From a virus (lineage: Duplodnaviria > Caudoviricetes), in IMG/VR virus record IMGVR_UViG_2767802105_000001, positions 1 to 64,000 of that record: a DNA stretch of 64,000 nucleotides; one strand, 5' to 3'. The notes below the pieces were generated by a model. It did no database searches, was not told where the DNA came from, and was given only the letters and a program-made list of their open reading frames with translations. This document shows positions 25,301-34,468 of this stretch, piece after piece; the stretch's first letter is position 1; each line of letters starts with the position of its first letter. The position numbers and the translations under genes are program-made.

Positions 25301-28166
25301 GCGGCAGCAGCGCCGGGAGGAGCTGCGCAAACATGGGTGCGAGCTGCGTGAACAGTTGCCCGAACAACTGGACTGCCGGGAGCAGGGCCATGATCACTGG
25401 GGTGAGGAACTGCACCACGCCAGTGATGACGGTGATCAGGTTTTCGCCGATCATCGCAATCAGCGGCATGATCGCCTTCAGGATCTCGGCAATCAGCAGT
25501 CCGATCGGCTGCAGCAAAGGCAGCAGCTTCACCGCCACATCGGCGATGACACCGATAACCTCCCCAATGATCGGCATCAGCGCCTCAACCACCGGCATCA
25601 GAGCCCGGCCAAGCTCCTCGAAGACTCGCGCCAGGATCGGCCCTAGTTTCTCCGCCAACTGCTGGATCACCGGGGACATTGCGGCCAGCACCGGCAGGAA
25701 CGCCTGAATCGCCGAGCCAAGCGCCCCCGCCAGCAGGCCGGCCACAGCGCTCAGCGCCGCGAAAATCTGAGTGAGGGCGGCCTGCACCTCGGGCAGCTCA
25801 ATGACCCGGCGGATCTCTGCGAGTGCTGCACCGATGACACCGAAGAAGTCGCCACCTGCGGCGCCCGCGGCCTTAAAGATCCCGGCGAAGATCCCACCCA
25901 GGTCGGCGAGGACACCGCCGAACTGGACGGCGACATCAAGAGCCGTGGAGATGGCCTCCTCGAGGCGGCCATCCTTGAAGGCGTCACCCATCTTGGCCAT
26001 GACGCGGTCCATGGCGCCGGCCAGGCCGCCGGTGATGCGGTCAAAGGCGGGCTGGGCGGCGACGCTCAGTTGGGCGAATCCGCTGGCGAGTTGGCCTGGA
26101 ACGCGGGAGAGGTCTCCGAGGCTTACGCGGATGCCGTCGAAGACTTGGCCGAGCGTGCCCGTCCTCTCCAGGTTGGACACGGCGGAGAGCGCGTTCTGTG
26201 CCATCGTGTTCAGCTCGCCTGCCGCGCCAACAAGCCCGGCGCGGACGGTGGGCAGGATCTGCCCGCCGACGGCTTGGAGGCGGGAGCCGAGGTTGGCGAA
26301 CAGGGCGTCCTGTACGTCGAGCTTCATCGCCCCCCAGGCAGGGGCCATCGCCTGCAGGGTGCTGACGAAGGCTTGGGCGTTCGGCGACAGTTTCGCCATG
26401 GCGTCGGCGAGTGCCGATGTCTGCGTGGTCGCTGTGGTCTGTGCTTCGGCGACCTGCCGTGCCGCGTCGGCTACGGCCTGCTGGGCGTCTGCGATCTGCC
26501 GCTGCCCGTCCACCTGCGCCTTAGCAACACCGGCCTGGGCGTCGGCGAGGGACCGCTCCCGATCGGCGACCTGCTGGGTGGCGTCTGCGATCTGCTGCTT
26601 CGCGTCGACGACCGACTTCGAACCCTCCACGCCGGCCTTGTTCGCCGCGGCCGTGTCCTTCTCCAGGCGGGACAGGGACACCCGCTGTTCTTCCAGCGAC
26701 TGAAGGGCGCGGTCGCGGGCCAGTTCGGCCTGCTGAATCTGGAGTTGCGTGGCGGTCGGGTCGGACCGGGTTTCCTGCAGGTCGAGTTCGGCCTGCTGTA
26801 CGGCGAGGGTAGCCTCTTCCTCGGACAGGCGTCCGGCTTTGAGCTGCTGGTTGAGGTCTTGCAGGTCACGGATGGCCTGCTGCCGGACTGCGGTCAGGTC
26901 CAGTTGGGCGCGGCGGGCGTCGCGCTGGGCGCGGGTGAGGTCGCGTTCGGCGTCGGCGACCTGCCGCTGTGCCTGCTCGACCCGTTCGGCGGCTTGGGTT
27001 TGAGCGTCCTGGAGGGAGCGTTGTGCGCGGGCCAGGGAGCGCTGCGCGTTCTCGACTTGCCGGGTCGCGGAGGCAGCCTTCGAAGCCTCTGCGGCGACGG
27101 GCTGGAAGGCGGCTTTTATGGCGTCTCCGACGCCCTTGGTGCCGATCTTGATTGCTGCGAAGCCGCCGATGAGCAGGCCCAGGGCTGGTGCGGCGGTCGC
27201 CGCGAGCGGACCCATTTGGGCGATCACGGAGCCGAGCGAGACTAGCGTCGGAATGGCACCGAGGGCTGCGATACGAACCAGGCCGATGCTGCCCGCCAGC
27301 GACGTCAAACCGCCACCGGACCCCCCTGAGGTGCCGAGCGTTCCCAGGCTGCCGGTGAGGGCCGTCAGGCCGATGGAGCGGACACGCACGTTTACGGTCC
27401 GGTCTCGTGTCAGGACCGCTAGCCGGGCCGCTGCCGCCGCAGTGTCGGCGTCAGCGTTGATGGTGACGCTGCGCCTGGCCGTCAGCGCGGCGAGGCTCGC
27501 CGCCCCCACTCGGGTGTCAACATCCGCATCGATGCGGACTTGGCGGCGCTGGGTGAGGTTGCGGATCTCGTTGGCTGCGACCCGGGTGTCGACGGTGGCG
27601 CGAATGTTGACGACCCGGTCGGCGCACAGTTTGTCGAGCTGCCGCTTCGCCCGGTCGTGCGCGGCCTGCTGGATCTTCGGCAGGACGTCGACAGTGCGCT
27701 GCCCGAGAAGACCGTTGAGCTTGGCCTTGGCTGCCCCCTCGTCGACTTCGACGGACACCTTGACTTTGCGTGGCTTGGTGAGCTTGGTGAGCGCGCTGGT
27801 TGCGGCTTTGTCGTCGAGTTCCGCGGTGACCTTGACGGTGCGCTTGGCGGTGAGCCTGTCCAGCTTCGTCTTGGCAGCGCGGGTGTCCAGCCCGATGTCG
27901 AGCTTGATCTTTCGGGGGGCGGTGAGCTTGTCCAGTTTGGTCTTGGTGCCGGCCGTGTCGAGGTCGAGGCCGACCTTCACGGTTGGCTTCAGCTTCGAGA
28001 CCGCGCCCCGCACCTTGCGGGTGATCGTGTCGGCGATGACGTCGCCGGCCTTGATGGCGCCAGGCCGGACGGCCTTGGGGAGGTCTTCCCGCATGGCGGT
28101 GCCGAAGCGGGACGTGTCGGGGATCAGTGAGACCCGGGTGCGTCCGACGACTGTAGGCTCCGCCAT
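22347..28166 (-). CDS. Tape measure protein with M23 peptidase and SLT transglycosylase domains
   Basis: 1939 aa helical; HTGLD...YAH...HLH (M23); QESGG..AVN.WD.N...GLMQ (SLT). Confidence 0.95.
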   Translation of the reverse strand: MAEPTVVGRTRVSLIPDTSRFGTAMREDLPKAVRPGAIKAGDVIADTITRKVRGAVSKLKPTVKVGLDLDTAGTKTKLDKLTAPRKIKLDIGLDTRAAKTKLDRLTAKRTVKVTAELDDKAATSALTKLTKPRKVKVSVEVDEGAAKAKLNGLLGQRTVDVLPKIQQAAHDRAKRQLDKLCADRVVNIRATVDTRVAANEIRNLTQRRQVRIDADVDTRVGAASLAALTARRSVTINADADTAAAAARLAVLTRDRTVNVRVRSIGLTALTGSLGTLGTSGGSGGGLTSLAGSIGLVRIAALGAIPTLVSLGSVIAQMGPLAATAAPALGLLIGGFAAIKIGTKGVGDAIKAAFQPVAAEASKAASATRQVENAQRSLARAQRSLQDAQTQAAERVEQAQRQVADAERDLTRAQRDARRAQLDLTAVRQQAIRDLQDLNQQLKAGRLSEEEATLAVQQAELDLQETRSDPTATQLQIQQAELARDRALQSLEEQRVSLSRLEKDTAAANKAGVEGSKSVVDAKQQIADATQQVADRERSLADAQAGVAKAQVDGQRQIADAQQAVADAARQVAEAQTTATTQTSALADAMAKLSPNAQAFVSTLQAMAPAWGAMKLDVQDALFANLGSRLQAVGGQILPTVRAGLVGAAGELNTMAQNALSAVSNLERTGTLGQVFDGIRVSLGDLSRVPGQLASGFAQLSVAAQPAFDRITGGLAGAMDRVMAKMGDAFKDGRLEEAISTALDVAVQFGGVLADLGGIFAGIFKAAGAAGGDFFGVIGAALAEIRRVIELPEVQAALTQIFAALSAVAGLLAGALGSAIQAFLPVLAAMSPVIQQLAEKLGPILARVFEELGRALMPVVEALMPIIGEVIGVIADVAVKLLPLLQPIGLLIAEILKAIMPLIAMIGENLITVITGVVQFLTPVIMALLPAVQLFGQLFTQLAPMFAQLLPALLPLIPPLTQLALSLITLAMQVITPLMPLIVKLAGLFTKVLAAAIGFLVPIMNKVIGGITWFVDILTKGVKKIFEGFHWLWDKLLGHSIIPDIVNGTLGWFKKMWNWLRDIVTIIKNGVVAGFRALKNGAVEIWESFWGRVRSIASGAWRLVQEGWDKFAGGLTGAFKEAVKGLGKAWSGLQNLVKTPIRFWIETVYNRGVVGVWNATAAKIPGVPDLKKMAMPKGFARGGILPGWSTWRDGDDQLVPMRRGEGVYVSEVMADPYERARLHALNAAAIRGTHPAVARAQMGFAEGGILGGIKSIGSSIASHVGDALNKGKDAVRGGLATLAEKAFKPVKSGITKALGSNKSGWPGAIAGAPLNLIDKTIDYIRGKDVPEASGAWIKPVNAPYGTRFGQRGSMWSSGRHTGLDFPAKTGTKVVAVDNGTVQKVQSGGPYGKHVTVSHGGGLQSLYAHMSAMVARAGDGIKQGARIGSVGATGNVTGPHLHLEARVNGKTVDPMKYLTGGEGGSGVQRWTGVVRQALGDLRQSVSLVSTTLRRMNQESGGDPRAVNRWDSNWKAGHPSVGLMQVIRGTFAAYAGKYKKTGPFMYGVSVDPMANIYASMRYALARYGSLSKAYNRPGGYARGGVVGIRRGLPRGYTSGGIIKVGGKKIDTGPTAAAVGGDFLKALTGTAAAINTAMTKVATAIKNAFKGVKTTLDDKLLKQIATTNTKLQALSKQRDAIAAKITAAKELAKTTTEGANSFASMTGLPSAGNTFNAGGILAGLNVRLGQLKKFGANIKLLGERGLNKTLLQQIITAGPEQGAAYAQALVDATPAELKDINAAQSAISKAATSLGLGAADAMYDAGTASGKGYLTGLQSTQKLIELQMQILARSVQASIKQSLKIKSPSRVLHALGRFTGQGFAQGVAASVPDAEAATLRMANAVRATASATTARVQNSQTIRNGGDRVLNYNALVREVASRKSVNDALAMDEMLHRTVVMG

Positions 28167-28181
28167 GTCAGCCTCCCTCCC

Positions 28182-28678
28182 CTATCCGTGTGCTGCGTCG
28201 AGCTCGGCGAGCCGCGCCCGCCACTCTTCGATCTCTGCCTGGTCGTCCTCCCGGGCTTGTGCCGGGGAGAACCCGTCCAGGTACTGCTCGGCCCGCTGCC
28301 GGGCCTGCTCCTTGGCCGCGTCGTCTGCCTCGTGGGCCTCCAGTACGGGCGGCTGGATGGGCTCCATCTCCGGCGGCCGGCCTTTCAAGTGGGCGGACCA
28401 GAGGATCCGGATGAGCATGAGGAGGGCGTTGTACTGGGCTGCGGCGAGGAAGGTGGCGGAGTCCCAGCGGCGTCCTTCCGTGTCGCCTGCGATGGCGGCC
28501 TTGGTGGCGGATTCCTCGGGGAGGGCGACGACGAGGTCGCGTAGTTCGGCCCAGTTCATCGAGCCCTCCCCCCACGACATGGCCCAGAACTCCTCTAGGC
28601 GACGGCCTGGGTAGTACCGCTGGAGGTCGGCGCGGAGGCTCCCGGCGTGCTGTCGGAGGACGTCGAGGAGCCACTGCC
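28182..28678 (-). CDS. Tail assembly chaperone, frameshift extension (-1 frame)
   Basis: Open -1 frame RQWLLDVLRQHAGSLRADLQRYYPG... continues into ORF 28182-28580. Confidence 0.8.
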
Positions 28679-29008
28679 TTCCCCCTCCGTCGTCCCGGCC
28701 TCGTCGGAGAGGTCTTCGACGATGGCCTTGAGTTCGCCGACGGTGAGCTTGCCGACGCGGACGAGCCGGTCGAAGGACTCGGGGGGTACGGCGACCTGGC
28801 GGAGGAGTCCGATGTTGGCGTCGCCGCCGTCCTTCTCGACGGCTTCGATGACTTCGACGGGCCAGTCGTCCTGGGTGGGCAGGGTGCAGGTCTCGTCCTG
28901 GCCGTGCTCGTTCTCGAAGACGATGTCGACGAACTGGACCTTGGCTGCGGCGGCACGCTGGGCGCGCATCTGCTGGAGGCGGACGACCTTGCGGTTGGGC
29001 TTGGACAT
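28595..29008 (-). CDS. Tail assembly chaperone
   Basis: Between major tail and tape measure genes. Confidence 0.85.
   Translation of the reverse strand: MSKPNRKVVRLQQMRAQRAAAAKVQFVDIVFENEHGQDETCTLPTQDDWPVEVIEAVEKDGGDANIGLLRQVAVPPESFDRLVRVGKLTVGELKAIVEDLSDEAGTTEGEGSGSSTSSDSTPGASAPTSSGTTQAVA
28679..28685 (-). other. Programmed -1 frameshift site GGGGGAA
   Basis: GAG GGG GAA near end of chaperone, with open downstream -1 frame. Confidence 0.8.
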
Positions 29009-29099
29009 GGCTGGGGTTCCTTCTGGGCGGGGGCGTGCAGGTGGTCCGTCGTGCCGCCCCCGCCCAAGGGATTGAGCGCGACGGACCACCAGTCGGGGG

Positions 29100-29699
29100 T
29101 TACGGCGTTTCGGGGGCGGGCAGCACCACGTCGGTGATCATGTGCTGGACGGACTGGGCTCCGCCCGGCGCGGCGAGCGCGGTGAACGTCATGCCGAAGT
29201 TCGAAGACTCCTCGGAGGAGTGCTTGACGGCCTCGCGGTCGGACACGCCACAGCGGGCGATCATGATGCGGTGCCGCTTCCCCGACATGATCACGTCGAG
29301 GCCCAGGGCGATCTCCACCGTGTCGTTCACCGACCCTGACCCGAAGGAGATGAACTGCCGCTTCGCCGCAGGCGTGGTCACGGCCGCCGTCGACGTCATC
29401 GCCGCCAGCCGCACCTGGTAGTACAGGCTCAGGTTGTAGGCGTTCGTCTCCCGGAACACCAGCTTGAACGTCTGCGTCCTCTTACGGGCGAGGTCGACGA
29501 CCGGGGCGTCCTCACCCCACGCGTCGAGCTGCGTCCGCTCCTCCTCCAGCGCCTCCTCCAGGCCGTCCGGGGTGATGAACCCCATGTCGGTGAAGTCGGC
29601 GCCCCACGGCTCCTCCGGCCCGGTCGGGAAGGTCGCCCCGACCTCGGCCCTGTACGCCTTGCCGGCTGTGCCGACGATGATGTTTGCTGCGTCGCCCAC
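29100..29699 (-). CDS. Major tail tube protein
   Basis: MGFITPDGLE...DAWG, FRETN; synteny. Confidence 0.9.
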   Translation of the reverse strand: MGDAANIIVGTAGKAYRAEVGATFPTGPEEPWGADFTDMGFITPDGLEEALEEERTQLDAWGEDAPVVDLARKRTQTFKLVFRETNAYNLSLYYQVRLAAMTSTAAVTTPAAKRQFISFGSGSVNDTVEIALGLDVIMSGKRHRIMIARCGVSDREAVKHSSEESSNFGMTFTALAAPGGAQSVQHMITDVVLPAPETP

Positions 29700-29709
29700 G
29701 GTGGGCCTC

Positions 29710-30141
29710 CTAGCTGGTCGATCGGGGTGGGCTGACGCTCATCCCCAGAGTCATCCCGACCCGCCAGAGGTCGGTGTTCGGGTCTTCGGGACGGTCCTGT
29801 GGGCCGGTCTCCTGGCTGACGCCGGTGACGATCCCGTCCGGGGTGGCCTGGCCGGGCAGCAGCTCCCACTCGGCGCACACGCGGCGGGCGAGCTGCATTG
29901 CCAGCGCGTCGGTGGCGGCGTAGCAGTCGACGGAGAACCGGGGGTTGTCCCGGCTGGCCGGGTCCGCCCAGCCGCGCATGTCGGCGACGCCGCCGATCCG
30001 CAGCACCCTGACGACAGGCAGTACCGCGGTGAGCGTCTTGCCCGCGGGCAGGACACCTGTGACGTGCACGCCATCCAGGGCGGCTGACAGCAGGTCGATG
30101 GCGACCTGCTTGCCGTCGGGGAGGACCAGCGGCGTCGCCAT
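29710..30141 (-). CDS. Tail terminator
   Basis: PVVRVLRIGG...FSVDCYA; synteny. Confidence 0.8.
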   Translation of the reverse strand: MATPLVLPDGKQVAIDLLSAALDGVHVTGVLPAGKTLTAVLPVVRVLRIGGVADMRGWADPASRDNPRFSVDCYAATDALAMQLARRVCAEWELLPGQATPDGIVTGVSQETGPQDRPEDPNTDLWRVGMTLGMSVSPPRSTS

Positions 30142-30142
30142 G

Positions 30143-30481
30143 TCAGGCCTTGGATCCGGCGGTGGTCTTGGTCGCGTAGTCCTGCAGCTCCGTCTTGGTG
30201 GCCTTATCGGCGTCGGCCTGCTCCATGCCGAGGTGGACGGCGTAGGTGCGCCACTCGTCGACCTTCGCCCCATCGGCGGGCCGCGGGAGCGGGCCGGCCG
30301 CGGCGGTCGGGGTGGTGGACTCACCCGAGGGGACGGGTTCGCCGACCTGCTCGGCGAAACCCTTCCAGCGGTGCACCTCGTCCGCCGGGACTTCGATCAC
30401 GTCTCCGGGCTTCTTGTCGCCCCGCCAGAACGTGAGCTTCATCTTCACGACGTCGCCGTCAGCCATGATCTTCTCCTTCAT
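30143..30481 (-). CDS. Head-region accessory protein with small helical repeat domain
   Basis: RP...KVDEWRTYAVHLGM...ATKTELQDY. Confidence 0.75.
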   Translation of the reverse strand: MKEKIMADGDVVKMKLTFWRGDKKPGDVIEVPADEVHRWKGFAEQVGEPVPSGESTTPTAAAGPLPRPADGAKVDEWRTYAVHLGMEQADADKATKTELQDYATKTTAGSKA

Positions 30482-30819
30482 CAGTGATCGCCGCCGGCAG
30501 CGTCAAGTGCGTGACCGAGCGTGTAGTGGGGGCGATGGATCGCACGGCCGTGGCGGTCCCGCTGCGTCGTGCCGTGCTCGACGTAGTAGGAGTGCGGGGC
30601 GTCTGCGTCGACGTGCCGGGTGCCGTCCTGGTCTGGCTGCTCGACGGCGTGGATGCTGTCGCGGAACTCGCCCGTGTAGACGGGCGCCGTGGCGATGGCC
30701 ACGGCCTCGACGCGCTTCATGCGTCCCGTCAGGTCGTCCTGCACGGCATCGTCGAGGGGCAGCTCGAACTCTATTGCCTCGGTGTCGATCTCTACGTCGA
30801 TCTGGACTCGGGTGGCCAT
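30481..30819 (-). CDS. HK97 gp10-like neck protein
   Basis: APVYTGEFRDSI...YVEHGT. Confidence 0.85.
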   Translation of the reverse strand: MATRVQIDVEIDTEAIEFELPLDDAVQDDLTGRMKRVEAVAIATAPVYTGEFRDSIHAVEQPDQDGTRHVDADAPHSYYVEHGTTQRDRHGRAIHRPHYTLGHALDAAGGDH

Positions 30820-31160
30820 CAGCCCGCCACCTCCCGCAGGTTGACGACCTGCCCGGCCAGCGGCCCGGCAGCCTGCGGGTCGGAGGGGACGCCGTCGACC
30901 TCCCACGTGCGGCCCTGCCAGGACACCCGCATCCACTCCGTCACCACGATCGGTGCGCGCGCAGGAAGGTCCAGGCGGGCCGTCGTCACCGTCTGGTCGG
31001 AGGCGTTCCTCGTCTCCGACGTGCCGGTAAAGTCGACGGTGCAGCCGGAGACCGGCGTCGGGTCGGCGTGCTCCCAGTCCCGCACCTTGGCGTTGTAGGA
31101 GCCGTCGATCAGCGGGGCGTCCAGCACGGTGACCGTCTGGCGGCCGATGTTGTACGGCAT
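30819..31160 (-). CDS. Head-to-tail stopper
   Basis: DW..A, GRTWEVDGVP, LREVAG. Confidence 0.85.
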   Translation of the reverse strand: MPYNIGRQTVTVLDAPLIDGSYNAKVRDWEHADPTPVSGCTVDFTGTSETRNASDQTVTTARLDLPARAPIVVTEWMRVSWQGRTWEVDGVPSDPQAAGPLAGQVVNLREVAG

Positions 31161-31540
31161 CAGCCCCACGTCCAGACGAAGCCATGGAACAAGCCGGACA
31201 CCTTCAGCACGTCGGCCGCGGACTGCGTCAGCCGCTGGCCGCTACCGCTGCTGTCGCCGTCCCGCGGTGCGCGCCGCGTGAACGACCGCTGCCCGGTCGA
31301 CATGGACTGCAGATCGTCCTGGGCGCCAGTCTCGTCGTCCCGGTCGATCAGCCAGTGGACCTGCCGCACACAGGCCCGCGACAGGACTTCCAGCACCTCG
31401 GGGTCGTCGCGGTCGTATGCGAGGCCGTACAGCGCCCTGTCGATCGCCGTGGACGCCCGCTCCAACAGGCGCACAGCATTCTCCGGCGCAGGCTCTGGGG
31501 CGAGCCACGCCTCCAGGTCGCTGACGGTCGCATACGCCAT
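31160..31540 (-). CDS. Head-to-tail adaptor
   Basis: MAYATVSDL...LLERASTAID...ACVRQV. Confidence 0.85.
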   Translation of the reverse strand: MAYATVSDLEAWLAPEPAPENAVRLLERASTAIDRALYGLAYDRDDPEVLEVLSRACVRQVHWLIDRDDETGAQDDLQSMSTGQRSFTRRAPRDGDSSGSGQRLTQSAADVLKVSGLFHGFVWTWG

Positions 31541-31543
31541 GGA

Positions 31544-32221
31544 TCAGCCCTCCGACCCGCTGTTGGCGTCCTCGTGGACCTGCACCCAGTCCTGCAGCTC
31601 CTGCTTGGTCGCCGCGGTCGCCTCGTCCTCGGGCATGCCGAGGGACACGGCGTAGGCACGCCAGTCGGCGACCTCGTCGGTGCTCTTCGGCCGGCTCACG
31701 TCGCTGCTGGAGTCGGTGCCCTCGGTGTCGACCGGCGGCTCGGTGCTCTCGACGGTGGCTACCTCGAGCGGTGCCGGCTCACCGTGGGCATCATTCGGGC
31801 GGCCGTCGACGGCGGCGTGATCGGGGCCTTCCACGCCTTCGCCTGCGTCACCGACGACGCCGGTGTCCACGTCTTCCACGGCCTCGACCCACTCGATGAG
31901 CTGGCTCTTGGTCATGGTGGACGCCTTGGTGGCGAGCAGACCGAGGGACACCGCGTAGGTAGCCCACGTACCCGCGTGGTCATCCGGCTCAGGACGGTCC
32001 GGGGCCAACCGCACGTTCCGGCCGACTCGGGTGGCAGCGGGCGCGTCCGCACCGTGCTGAATGACCTGCGGCTGCACGCTGCGGTCCGGGTCGAACAGCG
32101 GCTCGCCGTCCTCGACGAGGCGGAGCTCGCCACGGTCGACCTGGGCAGCCATCTCCGGCGCCAAGGGCTCGTCCAGGTGCAACCGCATGCCGCCCGCGCC
32201 GACGTACTCGCGGGCCACCAT
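31544..32221 (-). CDS. Acidic head accessory protein with two helical repeat domains
   Basis: WATYAVSLG...TKSQLIEW and WRAYAVSLG...TKQELQDW. Confidence 0.75.
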   Translation of the reverse strand: MVAREYVGAGGMRLHLDEPLAPEMAAQVDRGELRLVEDGEPLFDPDRSVQPQVIQHGADAPAATRVGRNVRLAPDRPEPDDHAGTWATYAVSLGLLATKASTMTKSQLIEWVEAVEDVDTGVVGDAGEGVEGPDHAAVDGRPNDAHGEPAPLEVATVESTEPPVDTEGTDSSSDVSRPKSTDEVADWRAYAVSLGMPEDEATAATKQELQDWVQVHEDANSGSEG

Positions 32222-32595
32222 CACAGGCTCCGGGCGAGCTTGAACGCGGTGATGGTGCCAGTGAAGCCGGACTCGAAGTCGATGTTGAGCTTGCCGCCGT
32301 GCTGCAGGTAGCGGGCCTCGGAGAAAGGGCCGATCCAGCGGGTGCCGGACGCTCCGACGGACACCTCGGTGTCGCCCTGGGTGCGCATCCATGCGGGCCC
32401 GTCCTTGCCACCTGCACGGACGGTGACCTTCTTGGCGGAGCCGGCCGAGTTGGCGACCCGCAGCATGGTGCGGGACGGGTCGGCAGAGTTGATGACGACA
32501 CCGTTGGTGACGAGAGTCGCGTCGATGGCGGTGCCAGTCGGGTCGGCGACATCGGAGCCGCCGAGAGTGGTCGGGGTGAGAGCAGTGCGCGCCAC
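32221..32595 (-). CDS. Probable capsid decoration protein
   Basis: Beta-rich 124 aa gene right after capsid, AGGAGG SD. Confidence 0.7.
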   Translation of the reverse strand: MARTALTPTTLGGSDVADPTGTAIDATLVTNGVVINSADPSRTMLRVANSAGSAKKVTVRAGGKDGPAWMRTQGDTEVSVGASGTRWIGPFSEARYLQHGGKLNIDFESGFTGTITAFKLARSL

Positions 32596-32643
32596 GATTC
32601 CTCCTGTAAGAGCGCGAACGAGAATCACGAAGAACGGGAGGGA

Positions 32644-33504
32644 TCAGGCCGAGGGGTCGACGTAGGCGACGGCGATGCCCTCGGGGCGCAGGAGCTTGGC
32701 GCCGTAGACGTGCAGGCCGCGGACGGCGTCGGCGATCGTCGACTCCAGGCGCAGCGCCTCGGTCTCGAGGATCTGATCCACGAAGGTGAGCGCGCCCGGG
32801 TAGCCGGCCTGGATGACCTGGGTGTCGCCGGACGGGTTCGGGGTGACGTTCGACTCGAGGACGTCGAATCCGGCGGCGCGGCCGACGATGCCGTTGCGGA
32901 GGCCCTGCTCGCTGCCGGAGGCGTCGACGCGGACGAACCGGTCGTCCTGCAGCAGCGCGCCGGTGAACTCGGGGCTGACGACGACGTAGCGGTCCATGGC
33001 GGGGACGTTGGCCCGGTTCAGCTTGGTCCGCAGCGGGATCAGCACCTTGTCCCAGGCATCCTTGGGACTGGTGGTGATGTTGATCGGAGAGCCGGTGGAG
33101 CCGACGACGTTCGACGGGGCGACGCCGGTGTACAGGCTGGCGACGTACCGGTCGGCCTGGGCGGCGAGCTTGCGTGCCGCACGCTGCGTGGTCTTGGCCA
33201 TCGGATTGACGGCGACCTGGGCCTTGTCGACGTCGTCGAGCTTGAACGCGAACGCGTCGCCCTGGTCGATGGGCAAGTCCAGGCCGGCGGTATCGATGTC
33301 CTCGTAGTTGATCGTGTCGCCGGACTTGTACGGGAAGATCGACGGGTCGCCGATGGTGACGATGCGGACCGACTGGCCCTGCGAGGTGATCTCGCCTTCG
33401 TAGTCGCGGTTGACGATCTGCGGCTGCGCGTAGACGAGGGCTTCATCCAGGCCCGTCAGGATCTGGGCGGACCAGATCTGGGGCTTGAACAGCGCGACGG
33501 ACAT
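32644..33504 (-). CDS. Major capsid protein
   Basis: FKPQIWS, VNRDYEGEI, AVRGLHVYGAK..RPE. Confidence 0.93.
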   Translation of the reverse strand: MSVALFKPQIWSAQILTGLDEALVYAQPQIVNRDYEGEITSQGQSVRIVTIGDPSIFPYKSGDTINYEDIDTAGLDLPIDQGDAFAFKLDDVDKAQVAVNPMAKTTQRAARKLAAQADRYVASLYTGVAPSNVVGSTGSPINITTSPKDAWDKVLIPLRTKLNRANVPAMDRYVVVSPEFTGALLQDDRFVRVDASGSEQGLRNGIVGRAAGFDVLESNVTPNPSGDTQVIQAGYPGALTFVDQILETEALRLESTIADAVRGLHVYGAKLLRPEGIAVAYVDPSA

Positions 33505-33514
33505 GGAGGCTTCC

Positions 33515-34318
33515 TTATCCGGCCTTACCGCTGAGGTAGCTGTCGAGCCGTCCTTCGGCGAGGGCCTTGGAGATCTGCGATGGGGTCATTCGGTCGACGT
33601 CCGCCTTGCTGAGCTGCCGCTTGCCGCCTGGCGCCCCGTCCATCGGTGCCCCGCCCGCGGGGGTGGGGTCCGGCCCCTTCGGCTCGCTGGGCGCCTTGGC
33701 CGCGAGCTTGGAGTTGCCGTCCACCGCTGTCTTCACGGCCTTGCCGACCTGCTCGTCGAAGTCGGCCGCGGAAGGGTCGAGCTTGGCGATGGCCTTGGCG
33801 AAGGTGCGTGAGTCGAGGAGGGCGTCGGGGTCGCCGCCGTGCTTCCCGGCCGTCTTGTAGACGGCGAGCTCCACCTGCGTCTGGCGGGCGGCTTCGCGGG
33901 ACGCCTTGGTCTCTCCGCGGGCCTCTTCCAGTTGCTGGGCGAGCTCTTCGGGGGTGGGCGGCTTCTCCTCGTCGGTCTCCAGCCCGAACGCCTTGGCCAC
34001 CCGCTTCATGAGGGTGTCCTGGTCGTCCTTGGCCTTCTTCTCCAGGGCTTCGCGCTTGGCCTTCTCGGCTGCGACGTCGCCGCGGAGGTTTTCGACGAGG
34101 CGCTCGAACTTGGCGGGGTCGAATTCGCCCTCGAACTTGGGGGTCTTCCCCTTGGGCTCGTCGGCGGGCTTCGGCTCGGTGGGTTCGGGCTTGGCGGGTG
34201 TGGCGGGTGCGGTCGGCTCTGGCGGAGTCGGCGCGGGGGTGCCTTCGGACGGCTGCGGGTTGGCCGGCTGGCTGCTCGGTTCCGCGGGCGTGTTCTCGGG
34301 CTGGGCGGGGGTCGACAT
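33515..34318 (-). CDS. Capsid scaffolding protein
   Basis: Pro-rich N-term, coiled coil, DPDALLDSRTF; precedes capsid. Confidence 0.88.
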   Translation of the reverse strand: MSTPAQPENTPAEPSSQPANPQPSEGTPAPTPPEPTAPATPAKPEPTEPKPADEPKGKTPKFEGEFDPAKFERLVENLRGDVAAEKAKREALEKKAKDDQDTLMKRVAKAFGLETDEEKPPTPEELAQQLEEARGETKASREAARQTQVELAVYKTAGKHGGDPDALLDSRTFAKAIAKLDPSAADFDEQVGKAVKTAVDGNSKLAAKAPSEPKGPDPTPAGGAPMDGAPGGKRQLSKADVDRMTPSQISKALAEGRLDSYLSGKAG

Positions 34319-34388
34319 CGGTGCCTCCTTGGGCGGCCGGTGCGGGTCGGCGATGCCTTGATCGCCTAAGCGTTGGCCATGATGTTAA

Positions 34389-34460
34389 CCCTGAACCTGC
34401 TCCAATGCTGCACAATCAAAGGCTAGAAGGCAAGATTCTCTTAGTTTCCAAGGTTCAGGG
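34389..34460. promoter_or_regulatory. Divergent late promoter region bounded by 10-bp inverted repeat
   Basis: CCCTGAACCT (34389) and AGGTTCAGGG (34451) flank a 52-bp AT-rich core. Confidence 0.55.
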
Positions 34461-34468
34461 GGGGTGGC

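Noticed and set aside
27380-27990. Periodic repeats at the start of the tape measure gene
   Set aside because: Protein-level ~22-aa repeats common in actinophage tape measures, not a DNA array
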